A stretch of 64,000 bases of DNA, taken from positions 51,770,001 to 51,834,000 of the forward strand of contig OX597826.1 in NCBI GenBank assembly GCA_951406725.2, in the 5' to 3' direction. Source of the DNA: Octopus vulgaris (lineage: Eukaryota). A model generated the notes under the pieces. The model did not search any database. It was not told the DNA's origin and saw nothing but the letters and a program-made list of their open reading frames with translations. This document shows, one piece after another, positions 25,011-38,505 of this stretch (its first letter is position 1; each line of letters opens with the position of its first letter). The translations under genes and the position numbers were made by a program.

Positions 25011-25660
25011 TAATAATAATGATGATGATGATGATATTAGTTTCAGTTTTGGTATAAGGCCAGCAATTTTGGGAAGAGGCTAAGTCGATTACATCGATCC
25101 CTCTTCTTAACTGGTACTTATTTTATCGACTTCGAAAGGATGAAAGGCAAATTCGACCTCGGTGGAATAATATTAATAATCATAATCATAATGATGATGA
25201 CCGAGGCTGCATAGTTTGTTGGGGAGGAATATTTGATTGTATGGGTTTCAGTACTTAACTGTTTTTATCATTTCTTTTTATCAAGGCAGCGCTCTGTCAC
25301 AATCGTTAGCACGCTGGATACCATTGTATTTCTTTCGAATTTACGTTCCGGGTTCAAATTTTGACCGGGGTCGACTTTGCTTTCCATCTAAAATAAGTAC
25401 CGGTAGAACAATGGTGGTCGATATAATCGACATATTCTTGTCACTATCATTGCTGGGCTTGAAAAGAAATTTAAAATCATTATCAAAATGTAAAGTACTA
25501 GCAAAACTGTACATTCCGAGTCTAAAACCTCTGAGGTCGACTTCGCTTCTCATCCTCATGGAGTCGATAAAATAACTGCCATTTGAGCAGTGTGATAAAT
25601 GTAATCAACTTACCCTTCCCTTCAAAATTGCAGGCCTTATGCAAAAACTTGAAAGTATTA
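24722..25660. mobile_element. Cluster of diverged SINE family C fragments around a (TAA)n tract (24870-25035)
   Basis: Fragments near 24722-24865(-), 25040-25170(-), 25284-25430(+), 25530-25660(+). Confidence 0.6.
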
Positions 25661-26284
25661 CTATTCTTTATTAAATATAAATCGCCATTAGGTTTATTGG
25701 AATTATTGCTTATAGACCTATCAGGATGTTATCATACATTTTGCTATACATTATAAAAACGGAAATGAAATTATGCAACTGGTCAACATAATATTATTTG
25801 CTAACGATAATTACTTGCTTAGGAAGTTAAGTTGTGCGTGACTTTTTTCTTATAGTTTAAAAATAATATTATAGTCTTCACATTGTTTGACAATTCATGT
25901 TGGGGCTGACTATATACTGCTATCGCTGATCGTAAGTTTTGATTGTAGCGTCTCTGGTCATTCAGAAATATCTATTTATCGGTAGAGCGCGCAGGCATCT
26001 ATCTAAGAAGTTTGCTATCAGTTTAGCTTCCGTATGCTTATCAGCGTATCTGTTTACATACACTGGCCTATTTGACTCTGTTTCTCATTCTCATTCTCAT
26101 TCTCATTTCCCTCCCTCTTTACTTACATAGACACACTCACACATCATAATGTAATATTTGTAACGTGTATTAAAATTTATTCTACATTGTGTTATAGAAT
26201 GAATACATTAGTAAAGTTGATAGATATATATATCAAAATGCTGGCAGTCTACTAAGAATATTTCTCCGGCCCTGGCTGCTCATG

Positions 26285-26328
<44 letters not shown>

Positions 26329-26769
26329 TTATTTATTTATTTATTTATTTATATAGACATATATATATATGTGTGTGTGTATGTATATATACATATACAA
26401 ATATATATATATATATATATATACACACATTTACACATACAAACAAATATAAACGTAAAGCTAGAACATCCCAATGCTACACATATATATCTGAACTTTT
26501 GTAGAGAAAGAGCCACATTTGGAATAAAGAATTCAAATTCTCCACTTTACCTTCAAACATTTAATTTTAAGGAGAATCCCTTACTGAAGTGTGTGTGTGT
26601 GTGTGTGCATGATCGTGTATGTGTGTGTGGGTGTGTGTGGTTGGGAACATGTCCATGTTTATACTGTATAACTTCGATCACGCCTCTTTGATTTCAACGA
26701 TATTGCGACAGAGAACATTAGTATAACACTTACAAAATGTATTGTTTCTGCTTTCAAACATTCAATTGT

Positions 26770-27450
26770 GGAGAGAATTTTTTGATGAGATGTAGTTCCG
26801 TTGCTTTTCGGTATTGCGGATCGTCTCGTGCGTATTTGTAAAAGTTAAGTTTTGAATTTTCCGTCGCTGCATATTTCCAGAGGCATTCTTAATGGAATCT
26901 TGTGTAATTCTTCTTGTCGGATATGTTGCCTGTGGATTCTTGCACTTTGGCAGAGGGCATTATTTGTTTTGCCAATGTAATTTTCTCCGCATTTTGGGCA
27001 GGTACAGTATATGAGTTTATGCTTTTTGCAGTTCATATTTCCATTTATTTTGAAAAAGGATCCGCTTTTGAATTTTATGTGGGAACCACTTTCGAAGTAT
27101 TTGAAGTTGCTGATATTATTGCATATTCCACATCTCCTATCTCTACATTTTTTTACTAAGAATTCTAATTCATTCTCTGATTTGAATTCTGCCCGTGTGA
27201 GTCGCTTTTTTGATAGTTTTTGGTTGGCGTCTGTTATACAGTAAGGTGTTTTTTTCAATCAGAGTTTTCACTTTGGAGCTTTGTAAGTTCGATTTTATGG
27301 CGCGGAAGATGCTGGTTATTCCAGGACTGCGTGTGTTTTCATTAACTTTTTCCTTATGCGTCCGTAGATGGGTGATGTTCAGTTTCGTCGCCTTTTTAAT
27401 TCCCTCATTAATTAATCCTAAGCGGTAGTTCTGCATTGTGAGGAAGCCTT
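26770..27450 (-). mobile_element. Penelope-like element fragment (GIY-YIG endonuclease region)
   Basis: KKCRDRRCGIC..NMNCKKHKLIYC-TCPKCGENYIGKT..ARIHRQHIRQ..KIPL. Confidence 0.85.
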
Positions 27451-27532
27451 TATATATATATATATATGTATATACATATATATATATATATAAATTATAT
27501 ATATGGAATAATTACTATGAAGCATTGTGTAG

Positions 27533-27779
27533 AATATATTGTATAAAAGATCGTGGGTAAGGCCAAAACAATGCGAAGAAAATGCATGGGAAATCACAAG
27601 AAAACAAATATGTGAACAAATGTATACTTACATTGTAGTCAATATTTCGGGGTTATGACCCCATTTTCACGAAATATTGACTACAAAGTAAGTCTACATT
27701 AATTCACGTATTTGTTTTCTTGTGATTTACCTTGCATTTACTTCGCATTGTCTTGGCCATACCCACGATCTTTTATACA

Positions 27780-27786
<7 letters not shown>
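27533..27786. repeat. Imperfect inverted repeat (~115-bp arms) with hammerhead remnant at the centre
   Basis: ttgtataaaagatcgtgggta..gtagtcaatatttcg / cgaaatattgactac..tacccacgatcttttatacaa. Confidence 0.85.
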
Positions 27787-27819
<33 letters not shown>

Positions 27820-28639
27820 ATAAACGATGTAAGTAAACAAACAGACGCACGTGACACACATACAGATACAATGTAGATATATAACGTTTCATTATGAGCT
27901 CCAATATAAATATATTTCTCTGTACGAGCTATAAACATTCGACTTGAATCTATATTTTTATTACTTTGATCTCATCGTATCCACTTGAAGGAATCAATTG
28001 AAATATTTTATTTTCATGAGTTATTTTTATCAATTCATTCAAGAAAAACCATTATTGATATTTTACGCCAACTTCTTGACTTCAACGAATCACATTACCA
28101 TCTTTTTTTGGATTCATTTTCTTGACCTATATTCCGAGACGTTGGAACATAATTCATCTTGTTAGTTTTTTCTTTATCATTAAGACATTAAAAACTCACT
28201 TCTATTGTCATTTAAACATTTTGTTTCAGAGATATAGTGTGGCTTTTTTGTGTGAATTTGTAACACATGTATTAATATTTGTTAAGTCGTAAATCTTAAA
28301 ACCACTATACACAACTAATATCGATATACTGCTGATACAATTGAAATATTCTGTTCTAATCATAAATTTTGAACGTTCTTATTTACTAAGGCTACATTGT
28401 AATATAAAAATTATAATGTAGTCGTATTGTATTCTACAGCGAACGCTGAAATAAATCTTACAGTGAATAATAAGGAAAGATTGCATTCTGGAAAATAGAA
28501 TGTATCTGTCCGTGAATTTAGCATATGATAATATTAAGAACATTATCACAAGCTTTCCCAGAATTTGGGTCATTCTTTGCCCTGTCTTGCACAACATTTC
28601 ATGACTCAAAAAATCAAGTACTAGAAACAGCAGCCGGTA

Positions 28640-29110
28640 CACCTAACTGTTTTAAGCTAAAAATGAAATACACGCTTAACGAGATAATGAAAATGCCAAA
28701 CTTGGCTCTCGGGATTGCATTTACATACGGTCAAGAATGTTGGATATTGACCAAAAGAGTATGAAAGTGAATACAAGTGACCGAAAAGTCGCTTGAGTAA
28801 AGCTACTGGATATAGTCCGGAGACTGGAAATCAGAGATATGCCTCAGATGAAGCAACCACTTGTGTTCATCGGAAGGTCACAGCCTTGTCAGTACAGATA
28901 TGGGGTTAGAAGTTCTGCAGAAAAATTGCAGAGTGAATTTTACAGGCAAAGCCAACCGGCAGGAGAAATGCGGGTAGATCATGAGCGAGATAGTTGGATA
29001 ATATCTACAGTATCGGTTGGTCTATCGTGAGTAACGAACCTGAATATTTACTGAAGATTACTCCTGATGGGACTCTCTGGGAGCACAGTGTTTGCCATTG
29101 CATACCAAAT
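28640..29110 (+). mobile_element. RTE-like LINE 3' fragment, heavily decayed
   Basis: FTYGQECWILTKRV*K*IQVTE resembles the RTE post-RT motif L.YG.E.W.LTK....IQ..E. Confidence 0.55.
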
Positions 29111-29659
29111 TCGATCAAAAGAGAATAAAAAAAACCATGCCAGAAAAAAAATATATATATGTTTAGTATAATTGTTTGTTTTTCTATCTTACTTTATAAC
29201 GTAAAATGCTTTTATACTACATTATATTAATGTGGTATACACTTTTTAAATGTCTCTTGCATATTAGCTATTTTCCAATTTCCGATATCTGCGGTGTTTT
29301 AATATTTCACAAGGAAATATATTTTGTATACTTAATATAATTATGCAAATATATTTAAATGTAATGACTTGTAGTGCTTTAATTCAATTTCCGTGATCAT
29401 AAAGACAATACACACACAGAGAGACACAGACACACGTATATATGTATGTATGAATGTGTGTGTGTATGTATATGTGTGTGGTCTTATATGTATATATATA
29501 TGTAGATGTATATATATATATATATATATGTATAAAATTTCTAAACACATCAGGTTCTACATTTCTGTCCTTTACTTAACTCTTTTGTTATACCGTACAC
29601 ACACACTCACGTGTGTGTGTATGCATATGTATACATACATACATATATATATATATATA

Positions 29660-30039
29660 CTAGCAGTATCGCCCGGCGTTGCTCAGGTTTGTAAGGGAAA
29701 TAACTATAAAGCATTTTTAGAGAGTTATAGCCAAAAAATAGCAAAAAAATGGAAAAAAAATGATGGTAAATTTTTTTTGAGAGTAAAAAAGGTTGAGTTG
29801 CGTCCCTAGACAGTCTGTGATTTGTTTTTTTGATTCTCGACCCCATGTCGAATTTATCGATTTTTTCAGAACTGGGGGAACTTTTCAAAATTTTCGCTGC
29901 GTTAGTTTTGAATTATGACATTGGGCTATGTGTGTGTCAAGTTTCATCAGAATCGGTTGAAAGCCGTGGTCAGGGTGAGGGTACGAGAAAACAGACACAC
30001 AGAAACACGCACAGACAAACTGCCGTTTATATATAGAGA
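29660..30039 (-). mobile_element. Non-autonomous Helitron
   Basis: Minus strand starts A|TCTCTATATATAAA and ends gagcaacgccgggcgatactgCTAG|T; inserted between A and T, no TSD. Confidence 0.8.
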
Positions 30040-30083
30040 TATATATATATATATATATATATATGCATCTATACATACGTATA

Positions 30084-30151
<68 letters not shown>

Positions 30152-30153
<2 letters not shown>

Positions 30154-30328
30154 ATGTAGGAAATTACAAACTCGGACACTGGCCGGATCGGAGCGATCTC
30201 AAGATTAATCAGCCGAAATTGCTAGGATGATCCGGTTCTTGACCGAAGATTGAAGGCTTCGAATGTCTCGTCCGTGTTTTTTGTATCGTTTTACGTTCTT
30301 GTCCCAGTTTGTATTTTTCTACATATAA
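30152..30328. repeat. Dispersed repeat fragment (probable PLE pLTR), also at 21019-21118 and 45975-46310
   Basis: Shared ggccrgatyggagc..cagccgaaa and gcgttcttgtccca motifs; short terminal inversion. Confidence 0.5.
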
Positions 30329-30577
30329 TATATATAGCGGGGTCCGTACCCTCGTTGGCCTTATGTAAATATATATATATATAAATATATAAAATTTACA
30401 AGTATAAATTAATAATTTTAAAATTATAACTTTAAATTTATATAATTTAAATTTTGGATTTTATATGTCATATATTTTGTATATTATATTAATTAATTTT
30501 ATTTCTATGTTTTGGTTTATGTTTTTCACTGTTTGATTTGCCTAATAGTGGTTTTATCTCTAATTCAATATATATAT

Positions 30578-30928
30578 TCAGTCCCACGGCGTGGCATCTT
30601 GCGCATGTGTCTTCTGCTATAGCCTCGGACCGACAAAAGCCTTATGAGTGGATTTGGTAGACGGAAACTGAAAGAAGCCTCTCGGATATATGTATATATA
30701 TATGTATGTGTATATATATTAGTGTGTCTGTGTTTGTCCCCCTAGCATTGCTTGACAACCGATGCTGGTGTGTTTATGTCCCCGTCACTTAGCGGTTCGG
30801 CAAAAGAGACCGATAGAATAAGTACTGGGCTTACAAAGAATAAGTCCCGGGGTCGATTTGCTCGACTAAAGGCGGTGCTCCAGCATGGCCGCAGTCGAAT
30901 GACTGAAACAAGTAAAAGAGTAAAAGAG
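30578..30928 (+). mobile_element. SINE family A (5'-truncated)
   Basis: Family A sequence. Confidence 0.85.
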
Positions 30929-31087
30929 TATATATATATACTCAAAATAAGCAACAAGAATGACTCCGGTAATTTGATGCTTATTTTGATTATAATCACC
31001 CCACGGATTCTTATGGATAACACCATACAGAATTCTGGTGCATCTAAATTAAGTACCATATTCATTTGAATCTAAATTTTTTCTGAA

Positions 31088-31089
<2 letters not shown>

Positions 31090-31149
<60 letters not shown>

Positions 31150-31374
31150 CGTATATATATATGTATATATATGTATATATATATATATATGTATACATAT
31201 ATGTATATATATATATGTATATATATATATGTATATATATATATGTATATATATATATGTATATATAAATATATATATGTATATATATATGTACATTATG
31301 TATATGTATATATATGTATATATGTGTATATGTATATATGTATATATATATATATATGTATATGTATATGTATG

Positions 31375-31417
<43 letters not shown>

Positions 31418-31440
31418 ATGTATATATATCTATATGCATA

Positions 31441-31480
<40 letters not shown>
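31090..31480. repeat. Degenerate (TA)n/(TATG)n tract
   Basis: Direct reading. Confidence 0.95.
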
Positions 31481-31482
<2 letters not shown>

Positions 31483-31691
31483 CATATGTAGGCATAGGAC
31501 GTCATGAAATGCGTACAAAAAGACACGAAGTACGAGTATATGGAATATGTACTATTTTTCGAACAACGAAAGACACAAATGGAAAACAAGACACAACATA
31601 AAGGACGACCCTTCATCAGTTGTTGGTTACTCTCATATTTCGAGCATTTAACAACATATATAGTATACAATATATATTATATGATATGCAC

Positions 31692-32107
31692 AGGCGCATC
31701 GTTGGGCGTGTGGTAAGAAGCTCGCTTCCCAACCGCATAGGTCTGGGTTCAGTCCCGCTACGTGGCACCTAGGGCATGTGTCTTTGATTATAACCTCGAG
31801 CTGACCATAGCCTTGCGAGTGGAATTGGTGGACGGAAACTAAAAGAAGCCCATCGTAAACACACACACACACACACACGCATGCATATATATATTTCTGT
31901 TTCCCCTCAACATCTCTTGATAACCGATGTCGGTGTTTACGCCTCCGTATTCTAGCGGTTCGGTAAGAGACACCGATAGAATAGGTTGACAAAGAGATCG
32001 ATAGAATAGGCTTACAAAGAATAAGTCTTGGGGTTGAATTGTTGGACTGAAGTAGGTGCTCCAGCATGACCGCAGATAAATGACTGAAACAAGTAAAAGA
32101 ATAAAAG
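31692..32107 (+). mobile_element. SINE family A (diverged)
   Basis: Family A head, internal (CA)n, tail aatgactgaaacaagtaaaagaataaaaga. Confidence 0.8.
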
Positions 32108-32670
32108 ACTATATGTGAGTGTGTGTGTATAGCTATACGTATATATGCATATACGTATTCGAAGTTCAAGGAAAAAAATACGAAGAAAATTTGGCAACAC
32201 TAAAAGAGATTTATTTCGTATACAATCATTGTAATAAAATTCTAAAGAAATCAATACACAAACGCAAGTAAAATAAATAGGTACGAGCAGTAGGTAGAAA
32301 GAAAATTATACTGTTAGCCGATTTGTAAATTTCAGACGCAATTTGGCTGCTTGCAAGCAATTCCTTTCCTTTCATGTGATGTTAAAATCTAGTCTTGGCA
32401 ACCAGCACGGTTCTGATTTCATTTAAATTGGAACTGGAAAGCATTGGCCAAATGTACCATTTATACTAATTTTATTGAAGATGCTAAGCTTGAGTATAGC
32501 TGCCCATACTCGTGTTTCGGTATTAATAGGAAGGCCAATATTATTCGGCTATCGATAATAGTAATGTTATCACATGACTCCAATTTGGACGTCAACTCCA
32601 ACATATATTGCTACCAGATGCAGTTCACGGAGCATAAAGACCAGAACTCTAAACAAAATCAAAACAGAAT

Positions 32671-32832
32671 AGGCGCAGAAGTGGTGTGTGGTAAGCAGGT
32701 TGCTTACCAGCAACATGGTCCCGGGTTCAGTTCTACTGCAAGGCACCTTGGGCAAGTATATTCTACTATAGCCACGGGCCGACCAAAGCTTTGTGATTGG
32801 ATTTGGTAGACGGGAAATGAAAGAAGCCTGTC

Positions 32833-32906
<74 letters not shown>

Positions 32907-33092
32907 ATCTGTGTTTGTCATCGCCCCATCTCTTGACAACAGCTGTTGGTGTGTTTATATCCCCGTAACCGAGCGCTTCGGCAAAGAACCGGTAGAATAT
33001 GTACTAGGCTTGCAAGGAATACGTCGTCGGGTTTATCTGTGCTCCAGCATGGCTCCAGTCAAATGACTAAAACAAATAAAAGAATAAAGAAA
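32671..33092 (+). mobile_element. SINE family A with long internal (TA)n
   Basis: Family A sequence. Confidence 0.8.
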
Positions 33093-33303
33093 TTAAGAAT
33101 ATACAGTGTCAGAACAGCTACATATATTATGTTTTCCAAAAATAGTATCATAGATACTGTTTATTGCTGCAATATCTAATATGATTAACATCAAATAAGG
33201 ATTTGCTAGCGTATATATGTGAGTGTGTGTTATTTGATTAAATATATTGCACATATAACCACTCAAACGACTCGCACGTCACAGAATATTTTGACACTGG
33301 GTA

Positions 33304-33675
33304 GGGCGGCAAGCTGGCAGAATCGTTAGCACGCCGGGCGAAATGCGTAGCCGTATTTCGTCTGCCGTTACGTTCTGAGTTCAAATTCCGCCCAGGTCGA
33401 CTTTGCCTTTCATCCTTTCCGGGTCGATAAATTAAGTACCAGATACGCACTGGGGTCGATGTAATCGACTTAATCCGTTTGTCTGTCCTTGTTTGTCCTC
33501 TCTGTGTTTAGACCCTTGTGGGTAGTAAAGAAATAGGTATTTCGTCTGCCGCTACATTCTGAGTTCAAATTCTGCCGAGGTCGACTTCGCCTTTCGTCCT
33601 TTCGGGATCGATAAATTAAGTACCAGTTGCATACTGGTTCGATCTCATCGACTGGTCCCCTCCTCCAAAATTTCG
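33304..33675 (+). mobile_element. SINE family C, dimeric form
   Basis: Monomer 33304-33535, second partial unit 33536-33675. Confidence 0.88.
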
Positions 33676-33947
33676 TACTGATTTTTGAATAATTATATAT
33701 ATATATTTATATGTATATATACACACAGAAAAAGAGAAATGGAGATACGTTTTTGCATCAACATGATGTATATTATATGTGCTTGTGAGAGCGAGAGAAG
33801 GCAAAGAGGGAGAGGAAGAGATATGGAGAGAAAATGTGGTTTTGGTTTTCCAGATATTCAATGCCAATTATACTTAATAGATGAATGAGAAATCGCAAGT
33901 AATATATATATGTGTGTGTGTGTGTGTGTGTATGTATATGCGTTGTT

Positions 33948-33961
33948 TAATAATAATAATG

Positions 33962-34032
<71 letters not shown>
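33948..34032. repeat. (TAA)n microsatellite
   Basis: Direct reading. Confidence 0.95.
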
Positions 34033-34033
<1 letters not shown>

Positions 34034-35949
34034 GCATATTAAGATTAATAACGAAAGTCAGTTAATGTTCCACTGCTTTAAGGTATTTCATGAAAAGCGA
34101 TTACTTTATAAATGAGAATGATTTTTATCTCTTTTTCTCGTCACGCGTATGGAAAAACAGAATCGATTGCACAGAGAATTAAAATAAGTTGATTTCATCA
34201 TTGGCAGTGCGAATGATACGAAGCAACCAAATTTTCCATGAATATACACACAAACATACTTATGGACTTGGAATTAGACCAATATTTTGTGTGTAGTATT
34301 TGTGTGTGTATGTGTGTTGTGTCTGCACGTATGTTCGTATGGACGGTTTGTTTCCTTTATCGAAAAAGTATTAAGGCATCAGCCACTGATTCTGTGGAAG
34401 ATTGTTTAAGATGGTTTGGGTTTGAATATGATTTACATATGTTTTCTCTAACCACTGTAAATTTAACTGCTAATGCAATGGGTTTAAAGTAGTGACTACA
34501 GCTTTAAAGCAGAATCAATTTTACATTCTATATGTTGGATAGTAGAAAAATGCTGTATATTTGTTCGGTAGTAAATTTGGTATATTTTACTAAGCAGTAT
34601 CAGGCAACTATAAAACATAGGTTCCTGATTTAGTCACAAGACGAGGAATTTGGAGTGGAGGGGAGTTAGCCGATACCATTGACACAAATACTTCAGTAGG
34701 ATTTGAACTGAGAATGTAAAGAGCAGAAACAAGTACTGCAAAGCATTTAATTCGACGCTCTAACGGTTTTGACTATCCATTTCCCTCAAGCCAATATATG
34801 ATAATGATACTGTATAAATATTGCTTTCAAACTTTGGCACTTGACCAGCAATTTAACGGGAAGTGGGGGGGGGGGGGTCAATTACACCCAACCCAGTATT
34901 GTATCGATCCCAAAAAATAAAAGGCAAATTTGACTTCGCTGGAATTTGAAACCAGAGCGGAAAATGGATGAAATGTCGCTTAATGCTGTTGAAATATAGA
35001 TTGTTGTTTAGTAGTAAAAATAAATGTATAAGTTTAACAGTTGTAGCGCTTGATTTTGCAATGGTGGTAGTGTTGTTGGTATTAGTAGCAGTGATAGTGG
35101 GGTTGTTTAATTGTGTGAACAACACTTTAATTTCAAGAGCCATAAGGAATAATTAGAAATAAATTGTAATTCTTGTTTAATCCTGGTTGACCTTGATGGG
35201 GAAGGCGAAAGGTATTTATGCACTCCGTTTTAGTTAGCAAAATAATAAACACTCAGATTTCTTCCCCCAGTATGATCTTTTTGTAAGTAGCGCCATGTGG
35301 CTTGAATTACGGGAGATTTTGGTTGCAATTTTCAGTAGTTTGAGTTAACCAGGAAGAAACTTCTGCAGTATAAGGAAACTGTAGCTTACTGTAATGCACT
35401 GCAATGTTTGAAGTGTTTCTAGCATCTTACTTCATTGGCTTTTTATGGAGTCGTGAGGAGAGACTATAATTAATGGTGCACAGTGTGTTTGTCTGTTCTT
35501 TCAATGTCCAAATTCACAGGTTAATGTTTCCAATTAGTGTAACATAAACTAAGTTTAATCATTCCCTATAACAGTTTTCACCGTCTCTCATCTCTCCATT
35601 TACTGTACAATCACGGTGAAGGTACGAATGTCAGTGATGATTCACTCTCCCTCTCAGTAAATAATGATAAGATCTCGTGTTAATAACTGAATGCTTTCGC
35701 TGTTCAAGAGTCACGTGACAATTTACCAGGTATGGCTGCGATTTAATGAGATTTCTTGTTGAAAAAGTGCACTAACATTTGAAGCTAGAATGGAAGTGAA
35801 GATATAGCTATGCAGATGTCTTCACTGCTTTTCAAAAGTGTATTAAACCAAACAAATATATTGTTGCTGTTGTTGTTTATCTGAGAGAGCAGTTGTTGTT
35901 CAAGCGGTCCAGCCAAGACAGCCTCAGATTTAATCAAATATTATATTTA

Positions 35950-36180
35950 CAGGAGTGGCTGTGTAGTAAGTAGCTTGCTTACCAACCACATTGTTCCTGG
36001 TTCAGTCCCACTGCGTAGCAGCTTGGGCGAGTGTCTTCTACTATAGCCTCGGGCCTACCAAAGCCTTGTGAGTGGATTTAGTAGACGGAAACTGAATGAA
36101 GCCCGTCGTATATATGTTTATATATATATATATGTATGTGTGTATGTGTTTGTGTGTCTGCGTTTGTCCCCCCAACATCG
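35950..36180 (+). mobile_element. SINE family A, 3'-truncated and fused to a PLE fragment
   Basis: Family A sequence stops at ccccaacatcg. Confidence 0.85.
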
Positions 36181-36960
36181 TACTGACTAGCCAGCAAAAT
36201 TTGTACTATAGTAGATGACCCAAATACCAGCAACATACGACTTATAGAACTCAATGTATTTCTGCTCAAGCAAAAATACCCTCTCCTGCTTATAGAAAAT
36301 CGCATACAACGATCAAAATAGATACGTATAGAACAACTTAGGAGAACACGAAAAGACGACACATCAACGAAACACAATACCATTCCTAGTAACACACAGT
36401 CCGCATCACTAAAGCATTTAAAACATCATTAAAAGAAATTTGCCAATCATGATACAAAGTGAAAAATGAAAAAATATAATAACTAATCAACTACTTATCT
36501 TAAGCAAAAGCCAACCACATAACCTAAAGAAACTATTAACAAAGGCAAAACTGAACATGAACCAAGTGTAATGGTAACAGATCTGGAACGTGTAAATACC
36601 TGCATACTGGTAGATCAATTAGAACGAAAAATGGTCAGATTTTCGCAAATACAGATATGAAGAGCAAAAGCAGAAATATGATCTACTGCATTAAATGCTC
36701 TAATTGCGAGGAACGATATATTGGCGAGACAGGGAATGCATTATCAGAATCTCACAGACAACAACTTCGGAACACTAATTCCATTAAGCGAACATGTAGA
36801 AACATGTGGTCAGAAAGTGTTTCTAGCTTTCTTTTCTACAAACTACATGAAACAAGTGAGTTTGGAAGAACGATAAAAGAAGAACGTTTTATTAAAATGT
36901 TCAAACTTGTTCTGAACAATAATTTAACCACCAGTTAATAATATGGATTTTAAAATATCT
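36181..36960 (+). mobile_element. Penelope-like element fragment (post-RT linker plus GIY-YIG), decayed
   Basis: LASKICTIVDDP; MKSKSRNMIYCIKCSNCEERYIGETGNALSE; KEERFIKMFKLVLN; homologous to 48968-49760. Confidence 0.88.
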
Positions 36961-36967
36961 TTAACAT

Positions 36968-37368
36968 AGCAGAGTGGTTGTGTGGTAAGTAGAGTGCTTC
37001 TCAACCACATGGTTCCGGGTTCAGTCCTACTGTGTGGCACCTTGGGCAAGTGTCTTCTACTATAACCTCGGGCTGACCAAAGCCTTGTGAGTGGATTTGG
37101 TAGACGGAAACTGAAAGAAGCCCGTCGTATATATGTACATATATATATGCGTGCGTGTGTTTGTGTGTCTGTGTTTGTCCCCTAGCATTGCTTGACAACC
37201 GATGCTGGTGTGTTTATGTCCTCGTTACTTAGCGGTTCGGCAAAAGAGAACGATAGAATAAGTACTGGGCTTACAAAAGAATAAGTCCCTGGGTCGATTT
37301 GCTCGATTAAAAGGCGGTGCTCCAGTATGGCCGCAGTCAAATGACTGAAACAAGTAAAAGAGTAAATG
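36968..37368 (+). mobile_element. SINE family A
   Basis: Family A sequence, full length. Confidence 0.88.
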
Positions 37369-37963
37369 AGTATATCAATGTAAACAAATTGCAGAAACTC
37401 CAACCAACTGAAATAAAAACGATCAAAATCAACTGAGCTTGCTCACTCATAATTCCATTACATGTAAACCGCAAGTTGAAGGCGGGATCTATGCCAGCAA
37501 TATCGGATCGCCCGGCAAACAGTGATGTTTAAGCTGCGTGCTTATTGATCAAAACTGTATTCGAAAACTTCAGCTTCTAAAAGGTATAAAAAGAAGTCAG
37601 TCATATTACTACAGTTGTTAAGCACTCAGCTCAACTGTCAGTTAATGCACTTTGAAATCTGTTGATTACTACGAATGTATGAAAGCGCTAACTGAACTTT
37701 ATGAACGTTATTAAATATTTTTTTAATGTTTGACACATTTGAACATCGTAAAAATTTTTTCCAGCTAAAATAATAAAAATCGTGAAGACCTGACCATGGT
37801 GTAACTTTTTCACCTGATATATTATTCTATACATATGTACACAAATTCGGAAAATAAAAGTGTGTGTATATATATATATGTATGTATGTATGCATATATG
37901 CGTGTATATGTGTGTATGTATGCATAAATATATATATGTATATATATACACATACACATATAC

Positions 37964-38012
<49 letters not shown>

Positions 38013-38039
38013 ATTGTATGTATATATGCTTAGGACATG

Positions 38040-38390
38040 TTTACCTAAGTAGCAACCCCTGGCGACGTCTTTCAAGTCAAGATTCGGACACCATGGCCCA
38101 CTCAAGTAAAGAGTTATTGTTTATAGAGACATATCCGGGTGGGGAGTTTTATCTGTGAGTTCTTGAAGGAATTTGTTCAAAGATTTCTGTAGCCTGTTTC
38201 TGTTTTCATGCGTTCTGTCATGAGATGAGAGTGTGATTGAAGTTGTGGAAGGATAGCACGGAGCCCAAGTCTTGGGTGTATATTGAAGATGGTGTTGTCT
38301 ACAATTACTCCCAAGTTCGTGAGGTTCTTGGATGCCACGAGACTATCACCTGAAAGGAGTATGGGAGTTTCAGAGTATCCTCTTTCCAAA
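38040..38390 (-). mobile_element. LINE (Jockey/L2/CR1-like) RT C-terminal fragment
   Basis: [23 protein letters not shown] motif and RICLYKQ. Confidence 0.5.
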
Positions 38391-38408
38391 GTATGTATGT
38401 ATGTATGC

Positions 38409-38455
<47 letters not shown>

Positions 38456-38472
38456 CACATATATATATATTC

Positions 38473-38505
<33 letters not shown>

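Noticed and set aside
31590-31655. Minus-strand CGAAA...CTGATGA as a type II/III hammerhead
   Set aside because: Stem I and stem III do not pair convincingly.
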